Of a stretch of 64,000 nt of DNA, positions 8,718 through 17,967 are shown piece after piece. The notes under the pieces are model-generated. The model saw only the letters and a program-made list of their open reading frames with translations, made no database searches and was not told where the DNA came from. Position 1 is the first letter of the stretch. Every line of letters begins with the position of its first letter. Made by a program: the position numbers and the translations under genes. Source of the DNA: Rickettsiales bacterium. GTDB lineage: Bacteria; Pseudomonadota; Alphaproteobacteria; Rickettsiales; UBA3002. The DNA lies in the NCBI GenBank assembly GCA_965247335.1, contig CBDFGU010000009.1, forward strand, positions 139,519 through 203,518, written 5' to 3'.

Positions 8718-10096
8718 TGCGCATTCTGCGTGCAGATGATTTCGCAACATGGCGCGCCCAAGCCCGCGCGTTGCTTTCAAACAATGTCACGCCACTCGAG
8801 GTTACATGGGCGAATGCCGTGCAGCCGGGCCTGTTCGAGGCCGAACCTCTGGCAATGCCGCCTGACTCGCCCGCTTTTAATGTGACTGCCGCCTTCATGC
8901 AATTGGCCAAAGTGGTTGGTTGCCATCGCGATGTACGGCGCTGGGACCTTCTCTATCAATTGTTGTTCCGCCTGGCGCATGAAGAAAAGAACCTGTTGCG
9001 TATCGGCACGGATCCGTTGACCCATGCGTTACACATCATGCAGCAATCCGTGCGGCGCGATGCCCATAAGATGAAAGCATTTGTCCGTTTTCGCCGCGTC
9101 GAGGAAGAAGGGCAGGAACATTACATCGCCTTTCACGAGCCTGACCATTACGTCGTGCCATTGATCGCTCCTTTTTTCATGCGGCGATTTGCGCCGATGG
9201 TCTGGACTATCCTCACGCCGGATATCTCCGTGCATTGGGATCTACAATCGCTGACCTATGGGCCAGGAGTCAATGCCGCTGACGCACCACAAGCCGATCA
9301 ACTGGAAGGTCTCTGGCGCGATTATTATCGTGCCACCTTCAATCCTGCGCGGATCAAGATCAACATGATGAAACGCGAGATGCCGGTGCGGTACTGGAAG
9401 CATATGCCAGAAACGACGATGATCGCCAAAATGCTGGCCGAGGCCCCGGCGCGCGAGCGCGCCATGCTGGCCCACAGCGAAGGAAGCACGCGCTCAGCCG
9501 CAGATTATCTACCAGCAGAACAGGATATCGCGACCTTGCGCGCAGCGGCACGGGGATGCGCGGGTTGCGAATTACATCAACAGGCTACCCAGACTGTATT
9601 CGGTGAAGGCCCCACCGACGCGCGGATCATGCTGGTCGGTGAACAGCCCGGTAATGAGGAGGATATCCATGGAAAACCATTCGTCGGCCCGGCTGGTAAA
9701 TTACTCGATGGAGTGCTCGACCAGGTCGGACTTCAGCGCAGCGATCTCTACATTACGAACGCGGTCAAACATTTCCGTTTTTTGTATAAAGACAGTTTCC
9801 GGCAACATCAGTCACCGTCACGTTATCATGTGCAGGCCTGCAAGCCGTGGCTGACGGCGGAGATAGCCAGTGTAAAACCAGCGCTTATCGTGTGTTTAGG
9901 CAATACCGCTGCCCGGGCCTTGATCAACCCCAACTTCGTTATGAAGCAAGGGCGCGGCATACTTCATAACGATACGCCACCGCGATTTGCGACGTATCAC
10001 CCATCCGCCATTTTGAGGCTTTCAGGCAAAGAGCAGGCCATTGCAAAACAGCATCTTGTAGATGATTTAAAGAGCGCCACGACGTTTGCCACCTAA
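8717..10096 (+). CDS. DUF4130 (TIGR03915-like) domain fused to a family-4 uracil-DNA glycosylase domain
   Basis: C-terminal GEQPGNEED and HPSAILR (UDG family-4 motifs A and B) plus CAGCEL cysteines. The N-terminal ~250 aa is unrelated to UDG. The start overlaps the upstream stop (TAATG). Confidence 0.8.
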   Translation: MRILRADDFATWRAQARALLSNNVTPLEVTWANAVQPGLFEAEPLAMPPDSPAFNVTAAFMQLAKVVGCHRDVRRWDLLYQLLFRLAHEEKNLLRIGTDPLTHALHIMQQSVRRDAHKMKAFVRFRRVEEEGQEHYIAFHEPDHYVVPLIAPFFMRRFAPMVWTILTPDISVHWDLQSLTYGPGVNAADAPQADQLEGLWRDYYRATFNPARIKINMMKREMPVRYWKHMPETTMIAKMLAEAPARERAMLAHSEGSTRSAADYLPAEQDIATLRAAARGCAGCELHQQATQTVFGEGPTDARIMLVGEQPGNEEDIHGKPFVGPAGKLLDGVLDQVGLQRSDLYITNAVKHFRFLYKDSFRQHQSPSRYHVQACKPWLTAEIASVKPALIVCLGNTAARALINPNFVMKQGRGILHNDTPPRFATYHPSAILRLSGKEQAIAKQHLVDDLKSATTFAT

Positions 10097-10113
10097 AACG
10101 CGTACAAGGGAAA

Positions 10114-10159
10114 TGGTGGCCAGAGACGGGATCGAACCGCCGACACGGGGATTTTCAAT
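10114..10159 (-). repeat. displaced 3' fragment of tRNA-Phe (att-type direct repeat, copy A)
   Basis: 46/46 nt identical to 25088-25133 (CCA end through the anticodon loop of the intact tRNA-Phe). It lacks the 5' half and lies 17 nt after the UDG stop. Confidence 0.9.
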
Positions 10160-10343
10160 TTGCCGTACGTTCGTGGATATACGTCGACTGATGTAGATCA
10201 TTCATTGTTTATCGTGGATTTTCTCGAAAATTCGTTTCCATGGCATCGATCATAATGGACTAAGATAGACAGCCAAAGTTGACGGCTGGTTGAATTGACG
10301 ACCATCAGCTCTAACGCTTAATAGATATCATACTAAATATCGC
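10160..10343. repeat. island-end arm repeat, copy A
   Basis: 10160-10298 aligns colinearly with 11157-11295 with 6 mismatches by eye. After 15 diverged nt, 10314-10343 matches 11311-11340 at 25/30. Confidence 0.8.
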
Positions 10344-10424
10344 TACGGACCACTTCTAGTTGAGTTGTGCGGTCACGGCTGCAAGTGAAGGCAGATTTCA
10401 AAAACAGCTTGTTACATGAAGCCT

Positions 10425-10781
10425 TTAGTCGACTAATTTGCAGTTACCCTTTACACAGGAAACCTTGCGTTGTGGTATTGGAGAGCAAGGCGGCCGTTGG
10501 TCGTAGTGGCAAGCTTTAGCCGCATCACTTTCTAATGCTTGATACTTCTGAATGTTTTCTTTCGTTTCCCAATACTTAGACATTGCTCTAGATGCCCCAC
10601 AATCATCCATCGCTGCGGACTGACAGTCTCCTACTGTTTTGCAAACATTAGAAATCGATTGCAAAAAAGCCTCCCGTTTGGCCAAGCTTTCTTCGCACTC
10701 TGAAGCTTTAGATTGTTGCACTCCGAAAAACAGTATTAAACCTGTAACTAGAAACAAGCGCGGCGGTTTTTGCTTTAACAC
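10425..10781 (-). CDS. small secreted Cys-rich hypothetical protein
   Basis: 118-aa ORF with a hydrophobic signal-like N-terminus (PRLFLVTGLILFFGVQQSKA) and multiple Cys. No family recognised. Confidence 0.45.
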   Translation of the reverse strand: MLKQKPPRLFLVTGLILFFGVQQSKASECEESLAKREAFLQSISNVCKTVGDCQSAAMDDCGASRAMSKYWETKENIQKYQALESDAAKACHYDQRPPCSPIPQRKVSCVKGNCKLVD

Positions 10782-10978
10782 TGAAATGCTCCACGTTTGA
10801 AAGTTCCTAAATCTATATGCAGTCTAACATTTGGACGATTACACAGATTTAGAATAAGAACCGAGGTAGTAAACCGATCAATGATCCCGAACCCTTTTGA
10901 CAGCGAGGTGCCGCCTTTCAGTTCAAAACTCAGCGCCGCCTGTTGCAATCCATACAGGCAGTGCATGATGTGTGCCAT
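10775..10978 (-). pseudogene. fragment of an AbiEii/AbiGii-type nucleotidyltransferase toxin gene
   Basis: FELKGGTSLSKGFGIIDRF matches the conserved N-terminal motif of DUF1814/AbiEii toxins. The ORF is only 67 aa and loses similarity after this motif. Confidence 0.5.
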
Positions 10979-11110
10979 AGGCCCCCTCCGTAACGCGATA
11001 AACTGTGCAACTTATGTGTCATAGTAATTTAGATGGTTTCGACAGTAAATGCGATAAACGGCATATGCCTCCATCACCCTGTTTTTTATCAATTTATAAT
11101 AGAAGTAAAA

Positions 11111-11156
11111 TGGTGGCCAGAGACGGGATCGAACCGCCGACACGGGGATTTTCAAT
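11111..11156 (-). repeat. displaced 3' fragment of tRNA-Phe (att-type direct repeat, copy B)
   Basis: 46/46 nt identical to 10114-10159 and 25088-25133. Confidence 0.9.
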
Positions 11157-11340
11157 TTGCCGTACGTTCGTGGATGTACATCGACTGACGTAGATCATTC
11201 ATTGTTTATAGTGGATTTTCTCGAAAATTCGTTTCCGTGGCATCGATCGTAATGGACTAAGATAGACAGCCAAAGTTGACGGCTGGTTGAATTGAAGTCT
11301 ACAAACACCCACGCTTAAGAAATATCATACTGAATATTAC
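11157..11340. repeat. island-end arm repeat, copy B
   Basis: Colinear with 10160-10343 (see copy A). Confidence 0.8.
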
Positions 11341-11386
11341 CCATTCACTCATTTTGTTAGGGGTGAATTTCCGTTTGATGATTAGT

Positions 11387-11857
11387 CTATTTTTTAGCTA
11401 TGCCGTCGGCGATCTTTCGCACATCGCTGACGCTGAGCACGGGAGTTGATGGCTGGCCGTGAGGGTCGGTGCAATTGACACCTACTTTATGAAGTGTATC
11501 TCGAGCGATTTCGTAGCTGGCAGGTGAGTTGACCGGGCTACTGCTCTGCAATAGATAATCAAGACGGCCGTTGGGGATTAATCGATCCAAGGTATTTTCG
11601 CTGATTTGCCCCCTTTCATCAAAAAAAGACATGGTGTTGACACCACTGTTATTAGGCACAAATACATCTGAGTTAAGATCTCTTGATAGAATTGATGCGT
11701 TGTCCCCCACGCTGATGCGTTGGCCTTGCGCGTCAACGGTGCATGTATCCCCCGAGTGCGTAACAACCACCGCTCGAACACCGGTTTTGTTATGTATAGT
11801 GTAGTGCGTGCCAGTTTCGTCAGTTTGTATATCACCGTTTTTCAAGTGCTCGACCAT
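11387..11857 (-). CDS. hypothetical protein
   Basis: 156-aa ORF with no motif recognised. It is the best ORF among overlapping alternatives in this interval. Confidence 0.45.
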   Translation of the reverse strand: MVEHLKNGDIQTDETGTHYTIHNKTGVRAVVVTHSGDTCTVDAQGQRISVGDNASILSRDLNSDVFVPNNSGVNTMSFFDERGQISENTLDRLIPNGRLDYLLQSSSPVNSPASYEIARDTLHKVGVNCTDPHGQPSTPVLSVSDVRKIADGIAKK

Positions 11858-11903
11858 ATTCTACCTTGTGTTTCTAAACTCAAATTAGAGTACTCTAAAA
11901 TAA

Positions 11904-12180
11904 TTAAGAAAAAATTAACTGGCGCGCTACAAAACACCGCAAAAATACATGCTCGTTGCGCTTGAATTTCTCGACACACTCTATGAGTTTCTCGCTTGAG
12001 AAGGGTTTTTTGATGAAACACGTAACGCCTTGCGCATGTGCCAGGATTAGGTCTTCATCAGCTTCATCTGCACCAATCATCACGATATAAACATCGCTAT
12101 CGAGTATTTTGAGACGTTCTGCAACCTCGTAGCCGGTTAGGTCCGGCAGATGAATATGCGTGACGGCGATGTTCTCGATA
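11904..12180 (-). pseudogene. 5'-truncated response-regulator receiver domain
   Basis: My translation: IENIAVTHIHLPDLTGYEVAERLKILDSDVYIVMIGADEADEDLILAHAQGVTCFIKKPFSSEKL...*. It is receiver-like (xxMPxxxG region, KPF), has no N-terminal third and no start codon, and has His where the phospho-accepting Asp is expected. Confidence 0.5.
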
Positions 12181-12187
12181 GTCGGTA
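12154..12187. repeat. 34-nt direct repeat, left copy
   Basis: atatgcgtgacggcgatgttctcgata[g]tcggta matches 19258-19291 at 33/34. It sits exactly at the response-regulator fragment / IS1595 fragment junction. Confidence 0.85.
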
Positions 12188-12493
12188 AACCTTGCCACCT
12201 CGCTTCAGCAAGCCAAATACAGCAACTTTACCTGCCGCACCCCGACCATGCGTCCCTCTGCGAACACCACCGAAATAACTCTCGTCGGCCTCTACCTCGC
12301 CCGACAACTCATAGCTTGGAAGATTGCTCGCAATCAACTGTCGCAGCCGCATGAAAAAGCGTATCCCACTATTGGCCTGAATGCAAATAAGCTCCGAAGC
12401 GGCACGAGCAGTCATGCCGCCGACAAAATACTCAATCAGGCGATATTGTTGATGCGTGGTTAAGCGACTCTTGCGAACATACATCGTAGCCAT
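12185..12493 (-). mobile_element. IS1595-family (ISXO2-like) transposase gene, N-terminal fragment only
   Basis: ...HQQYRLIEYFVGGMTARAASEL...EVEADESYFGGVRRGTHGRGAAGKVAVFGLLKRGGKVY matches the N-terminus and start of the DDE domain of IS1595 transposases. Similarity stops at ~aa 103, where track ORF 12137-12493 reads on into the response-regulator fragment out of frame. Confidence 0.65.
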
Positions 12494-13036
12494 ATTATAG
12501 ACCCTTTAGGTGGGCTTAGCTACTTTAGCCCCTAAATTCCCTTATAGCAATTCTTCGTCTTCGGCTTTGAGCTGATCTGGAGTCAGGGACTTTCTACGTC
12601 GGTGATATGAAACATTCAGCCAGATAATGCCAAAGATAATTGAAGCGTATATAATAAAAAGCAGCATCTTTTTAACCTAGCGAATGTTTGAATCGATGCC
12701 TTACCTTAAATGAGTTTAAGCATAAGATAATAGAAATAAATAAGAGGCTGATCATATTGTAACCTTTTGCATATATTTTGATGGGTTGATGCTACGGTTC
12801 ACTGATGAATCAGATATATAAAACTGATCTGTACCTTTACTTGGCCTTATTATTGCAGGGTTTTCTTGCGTGTCTGCGAGCCAATCGGCATTAACTTGCG
12901 TGTTTCGATATCAATCGGCATTAAACTGTAGTCGTACGAGCGCAACCCTTAATACAATCTTAATATCAAACTGTTAAAACTTGTATAACTACAGTTATAA
13001 TTACTATTGTCGCCAACCTTTTCACCGTATTGATAT

Positions 13037-13966
13037 ATGCCCGAATCCATTGACGTGACGATTATTGTCTGTACTAAAGACCGAGCCCACGCAATTATGC
13101 CGTGTTTGGACTCCATCCTAAAAGCGATAAAGAACGCTCCATATTCATGCGAAATTGTGGTTGTAAATAACGCTTCAGTCGATAACACGGTTGCTGTTGT
13201 CGAAGACTGGCAGAGTAAGAATGATATTGCCGTACGCTTCATCACCGAGCCCCGAAAAGGGGTTTCATATGCACGCAATACGGCCATAGCCGCTGCAAGC
13301 GGGAGACTTCTTGTTTTTACTGATGACGATTGCCGTCTAGACGCAAACTTTATTATTGAAGCCGTAGCCTATGATCGCATCGACACTGCACCCGTTTTAA
13401 GAGGCGGGAGTGTATACCTCGGAGACCCAATCGATTTGCCTTTAACGATTCTGACCGGAACGACCCTACAACGCTGGCAGCGGTCGAATAACTCTGCGCG
13501 GACCCATAATATTGGGAACACCCTCGCTGGCTGCAACATGGTAATGCGCCGAGAACTGCTTGATGAGATTGGAATGTTCGACACTACTATTGGTCCGGGA
13601 GCAAGAATACCTGCTAGCGAGGACACTGACTTAATCTTTAGAGCATATCTAAAAGACATACCGATTGAATATGTGCCAGATATGCGGGTCTATCATTTCC
13701 ATGGGCGTCGCTTGCAAACGGATGGATTTAAATTGATGCGAAACTACTCCGTTGGTAACGGAGCGCTATACGCCAAATACATATTGAAGTACCCACCATT
13801 CTGTTATCAGCTACTATGGGACATAAAGGGAGTACTGAGAGAAATCAGGCGGCTTGATAATCATTTCGATAAGAACGCGGGCTTCTCTTTGAAGCATAAA
13901 TTATTTTACAATTTCAAGGGAGCCGTGATGTACTTATTTGCGGCTAAAAACCGAACGGCGGCATAG
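13037..13966 (+). CDS. family 2 glycosyltransferase
   Basis: VTIIVCTKDRAHAI...EIVVVNNASVDNT...SYARNTA...LVFTDDDC (GT-A/DxD). Confidence 0.8.
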   Translation: MPESIDVTIIVCTKDRAHAIMPCLDSILKAIKNAPYSCEIVVVNNASVDNTVAVVEDWQSKNDIAVRFITEPRKGVSYARNTAIAAASGRLLVFTDDDCRLDANFIIEAVAYDRIDTAPVLRGGSVYLGDPIDLPLTILTGTTLQRWQRSNNSARTHNIGNTLAGCNMVMRRELLDEIGMFDTTIGPGARIPASEDTDLIFRAYLKDIPIEYVPDMRVYHFHGRRLQTDGFKLMRNYSVGNGALYAKYILKYPPFCYQLLWDIKGVLREIRRLDNHFDKNAGFSLKHKLFYNFKGAVMYLFAAKNRTAA

Positions 13967-13987
13967 CTCTATTGAATAGTGTCGTTT

Positions 13988-15448
13988 TCAATCCACTGTA
14001 ATCGGCCTCTTCAAAAATGCGGTCTTGACACTCTCAAGATCGCTTGCAAGCTGCTTTTTAAAGAAAGCGAATAAAACGGCCGGGTAAACCGTAAGCCCAG
14101 TGATGATCATGATCATCAGGCGAATATATCCGGGCCAAACACTAGGTAAGACGGCACTCGATGCCACTACAACAAGCCCCATAAAAATGGACCCGAGAAG
14201 CGGAGCATACATGACCCGCAAGACCTCATGAAATGGGATATGATGTAAGCGCGCGATTACTGCGAGGGTCACGCCGCAACTGGCGATCGCCGCCAACGAC
14301 ACCCCTACCGCAACGCCAAGGCCGCTCATCTGAGCGCCTGACATAATGCCGAACAGAGTGAGGATGATGGTAACAACCTCAATCCGCACTAGCAGATCAC
14401 TCCTTCCAACACCGATGATGGCCCCGCTAATAAGTGCGCCCATCGAAAGACACCATCCTAAAGGAGCCAAGCAAGCCAAATAATCTGCTGCCTCACTCCA
14501 TTTCTCCCCAAGGATTAAAGGAACGAAGACATGAGCTGTTACAGCCATACCGACCATAATCGGACTGGTTACAAGCAAACAGCCTCTCAATGTACGAAGC
14601 AATATATTTGTCGATGACCTTCCCTCACGTGTCGCTTCACTCGTTTCGACGAAGACCGTGTAATACAGCGAACCGCTCAACACTGCGGAAGGTAGCCCCA
14701 CGATCTGGAACGCTAGAGCATATAGGCCAAGTACACTCGTTCCAAAGAACTTTCCGACTATCACATTGTCAACATTGCGCAGGATGAATGTCATGGTTGA
14801 CGTAATCGTCAGGTTCGCTCCGAACTTAAAATTTTCTCTAATTATATCGGCGCTAAACTTTATTCGCGGCCGGTAGTGCGAATAGTACCATACGGCCATG
14901 ACCTTTAGAGCCCAGAACCCAATCTGTTGCGCTACTAAGCTCCATGCGCCCCAGCCGCTATAGATGCCTAGCCATACACCGCCAATGCCACCAGCAGCCG
15001 AAACGAAATCGCTAATCGCTATACTAGCATACTCCTTGTTGCGGAGTAGCCGAGCCGCCGGAACAACATTCAATGCGGCGAATATCAGAATTGTTGACAT
15101 GCCGACTAATAATGCCGGGAAGCTTGGCTCCCCAAAAAAACTACCCAGCGGACCCGCAATGAAAGCCAAGAGCACAATGATTGCCGCACTTACGCCCATT
15201 GTGAAGCAGAACACGGTTCCTTCCAGCTCAGCAGTGACATCCACTGCGCGGACTATACAGGCTCCGAGTCCCGACTCTGCCAGCATGATCGAAAAGAATA
15301 TGAATGGAGCCACCAATGCAACTTGGCCGTACTCGGTCGGGCTTATAAACATTGCAATGAGGGGTAACATAACCGCCTGGATTGCCATCCTAACGGCACT
15401 GGCGAATGCCATTGCGGCAGGTCCCGACAAAACTTGTCTAATAATCAT
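13988..15448 (-). CDS. polysaccharide/oligosaccharide flippase (MOP superfamily, Wzx-like)
   Basis: 486-aa protein that is hydrophobic throughout (about 12-14 TM segments by eye). N-terminal ...ISPTEYGQVALVAPFIFF...ESGLGACIVR is typical of polysaccharide biosynthesis/export proteins. Confidence 0.75.
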   Translation of the reverse strand: MIIRQVLSGPAAMAFASAVRMAIQAVMLPLIAMFISPTEYGQVALVAPFIFFSIMLAESGLGACIVRAVDVTAELEGTVFCFTMGVSAAIIVLLAFIAGPLGSFFGEPSFPALLVGMSTILIFAALNVVPAARLLRNKEYASIAISDFVSAAGGIGGVWLGIYSGWGAWSLVAQQIGFWALKVMAVWYYSHYRPRIKFSADIIRENFKFGANLTITSTMTFILRNVDNVIVGKFFGTSVLGLYALAFQIVGLPSAVLSGSLYYTVFVETSEATREGRSSTNILLRTLRGCLLVTSPIMVGMAVTAHVFVPLILGEKWSEAADYLACLAPLGWCLSMGALISGAIIGVGRSDLLVRIEVVTIILTLFGIMSGAQMSGLGVAVGVSLAAIASCGVTLAVIARLHHIPFHEVLRVMYAPLLGSIFMGLVVVASSAVLPSVWPGYIRLMIMIITGLTVYPAVLFAFFKKQLASDLESVKTAFLKRPITVD

Positions 15449-15512
15449 GCTACCCTAGTTCATGCGCTTGCAGTGCAGAGTTCTTGAACCGCGCAATTAT
15501 CATAGTATCACT

Positions 15513-16553
15513 ATGAATAAACCCAATAACTCTTTTATTCCACTCAACGCCGGTATAACAACGCGTCACACACTCTCCCAAGGCCTCATGGTAACAGTGA
15601 CTAGGACAGAACAACGCAACTCTGTGGCAGTGATAATCGCTGCTTATAACGCACAGGACACTATCAAGCGTGCAATTCTTTCCGCGTTAGCACAATCACA
15701 TGTGACAGAAGTTATTGTAATTGACGACGCGTCCACGGACGGCACTTATGCTTGTGCTAGTGATGTAGCTGACCCGAGTGGGCGTCTTAGGGCTATCAAA
15801 TTAAATAAAAACGTCGGTCCCTCGGTTGCGAGGAACACGGCGCTAGAGCAGACAACAGCTGAATGGGTGACGGTGCTTGATTCCGATGACTTCTACACTG
15901 AGGGGCGTATCGAGAGACTTCTAAGATTCAGCGAGCAATACGACTTAATCGCTGATGATCTGGCCCAAGTGAACGCAGAAGCGCTGCGCGACGAATACGG
16001 TTACCTCATTGGGAATAATGCCACTGATGCCACGTCCCTGAGCCTCGATGACTTTATACGGGGCAACATATCGAAAAGAGGCCAAAGCCGAAAGGAATTG
16101 GGCTTTCTAAAGCCACTTATCCGCCGCGCTTTCCTTGAGGAGCACAAACTGAAATTCCAACCCGATCTCCGGCTTGGTGAAGATTATGAACTTTATACTC
16201 GCTGTCTAGCATCCGGCGCACGAATGGTCCTGCTACCAGCGCAGGGGTATGTCTCCGTCATTCGACCAAGTTCACTAAGCGCAGTTCACACGATAACGGA
16301 CCTTCGCAATCTTCGTGACGCCAATCTGAGGATTCTTAGCGAAGTGAGACTGCCGCGATCGAGCCGCAGATTGCTCAGGGAGCACTATTCCAGTATGAAT
16401 CTGCGCCTGCAATGGAGACTATTTATCGACGCAAAAAAGACGCGCAACATTCCTTTGGCGCTAACGTGTCTGGTTCAACATCCATCAGTCACACTTCACA
16501 TTATCAGAAACAGTCTGACGCACTTTTATCGACCGCCAAATAGGGTGAAGTAA
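15513..16553 (+). CDS. family 2 glycosyltransferase (paralogue of the chromosomal GT2 at 637-1563)
   Basis: VAVIIAAYNAQDTI...VIVIDDASTDGT...GPSVARNTA...VLDSDDF. The C-terminal LRLGEDY...GY..VIRPSSLS parallels LRIGEDY...GY..TVRAGSIS in 637-1563. Start set at the ATG at 15513. Confidence 0.75.
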   Translation: MNKPNNSFIPLNAGITTRHTLSQGLMVTVTRTEQRNSVAVIIAAYNAQDTIKRAILSALAQSHVTEVIVIDDASTDGTYACASDVADPSGRLRAIKLNKNVGPSVARNTALEQTTAEWVTVLDSDDFYTEGRIERLLRFSEQYDLIADDLAQVNAEALRDEYGYLIGNNATDATSLSLDDFIRGNISKRGQSRKELGFLKPLIRRAFLEEHKLKFQPDLRLGEDYELYTRCLASGARMVLLPAQGYVSVIRPSSLSAVHTITDLRNLRDANLRILSEVRLPRSSRRLLREHYSSMNLRLQWRLFIDAKKTRNIPLALTCLVQHPSVTLHIIRNSLTHFYRPPNRVK

Positions 16554-17621
16554 CAGCCATGCCTTGAGTTTGAGCTGAAACGGGGCGTCGATGTAGCGCA
16601 GCGTCAGATGCGAAATCATTAGAGTAAGCAGAATAGCAAAACCAACTACCACATAGAAGTGTTCGGTATGCTGAAACACTGTCCCAACAAACACTAGAAT
16701 TGGATAGTGAATGCAATAGAGCGGATAGGATATCTGCCCAAGATAATCACTGATGCGTGCCTGTCCGCTACCAAGCTTTAATCTACTATTTGCTCCGAAA
16801 AATACCACGAGCGGTACGAGTGCCAAGCCTATTAGCCAATAAGTTCCATACCAGTTTTGATGAGGTATCATCATAAATGCGAGAACCAAGATCGCGAGCA
16901 GGCCAGCAGGCAAAGCAAGACGTGCCACACGTAAATGTACGAAATATAGGATCATACCCATAAAAAAGCCCCACAGCACGCGGGGAAATCCACCCACAAA
17001 CGTAGATATTGACCACCCTGGTGCACCGCCCAAGTGGCGAGTAGTGATAATAACCGCTACGCCCATTGCGAACATGCCTAATCCATAGAGTAATGCCGGT
17101 GGCAAGAGGCGCTTACGTTCGACTGCTATGACAACGAGAAATGCAATATTCGCAACCCATTCAAAGAAAAGTGACCAAGCTGGGTTATTTGAAGGAAAGA
17201 CCGTATCGAGGACATGATGACTAAAGATGTAAGTGCTGTTTGGAAAGAACGTCGGTATGAATGCGAGATTCAATAAGAAAGAAAGAATTATATCGCGCAA
17301 ACTTAGGGTCGTGATTTCGTATGCATAAGACAAGCATAGTGATGATAAGCCTAGAAGAGCACCTACTAAGTAAGTGGGGTAGAGTCGGATTAACCGACGC
17401 AGAACAAATTCTCGTGCACTCATTCCTGCCATTAATCGTGTATAATAGGCGTGCGTGATAACAAAGCCGCTGAGACAGAAAAACAGATCAACTGCTAGGT
17501 TGGCACCACCGAAAATATGGTGCTGTTGGTCAATGTACGAAAAGTGATATACCATGACTGCGAATGCTGCAATGCCGCGTAGTCCGTCAAGTACTGTGTA
17601 GCGGTGCTGTGTCGTGGGCAT
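16485..17621 (-). CDS. acyltransferase family 3 membrane protein (O-acyltransferase-like)
   Basis: N-terminal LDGLRGIAAFAVMVYHF plus about 10 hydrophobic segments. The 3' end overlaps the convergent GT2 by 69 nt. Confidence 0.8.
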   Translation of the reverse strand: MPTTQHRYTVLDGLRGIAAFAVMVYHFSYIDQQHHIFGGANLAVDLFFCLSGFVITHAYYTRLMAGMSAREFVLRRLIRLYPTYLVGALLGLSSLCLSYAYEITTLSLRDIILSFLLNLAFIPTFFPNSTYIFSHHVLDTVFPSNNPAWSLFFEWVANIAFLVVIAVERKRLLPPALLYGLGMFAMGVAVIITTRHLGGAPGWSISTFVGGFPRVLWGFFMGMILYFVHLRVARLALPAGLLAILVLAFMMIPHQNWYGTYWLIGLALVPLVVFFGANSRLKLGSGQARISDYLGQISYPLYCIHYPILVFVGTVFQHTEHFYVVVGFAILLTLMISHLTLRYIDAPFQLKLKAWLLLHPIWRSIKVRQTVSDNVKCD

Positions 17622-17967
17622 TGTCTAATTTTTTGTTTATTTATGAATATTACATCTATTGACTGATTTATAGCTCATCGCTGAAATAGTTATGCGTCAA
17701 TAGCTAACACACCCGCAGGAACACAGAAGTGGAACACTTGGCGCTCGCCTTTGCTGGCAGCTATACCGGGGCAGCTTAATCCCACACACAGCGCCGTAGG
17801 CAAGTGCATTTGCGAGAAATAGCTAATCCTCACATATACGAATGTCATCATACTTTAACCCATGTTTGGTAATAGAAGTTCTTGAAAATATTGGCTTCAG
17901 TCAGCCTATTGTTATGTCAGCAATCTATGCATGAAGCAATCGTACTACAAATCACGTTTGCGCCGCA

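Noticed and set aside
12137-12493. 118-aa ORF as an intact gene
   Set aside because: Only the first ~103 codons resemble an IS1595 transposase. The remainder is read-through into a response-regulator fragment in the wrong frame, so this is a chimeric remnant and not a functional gene.
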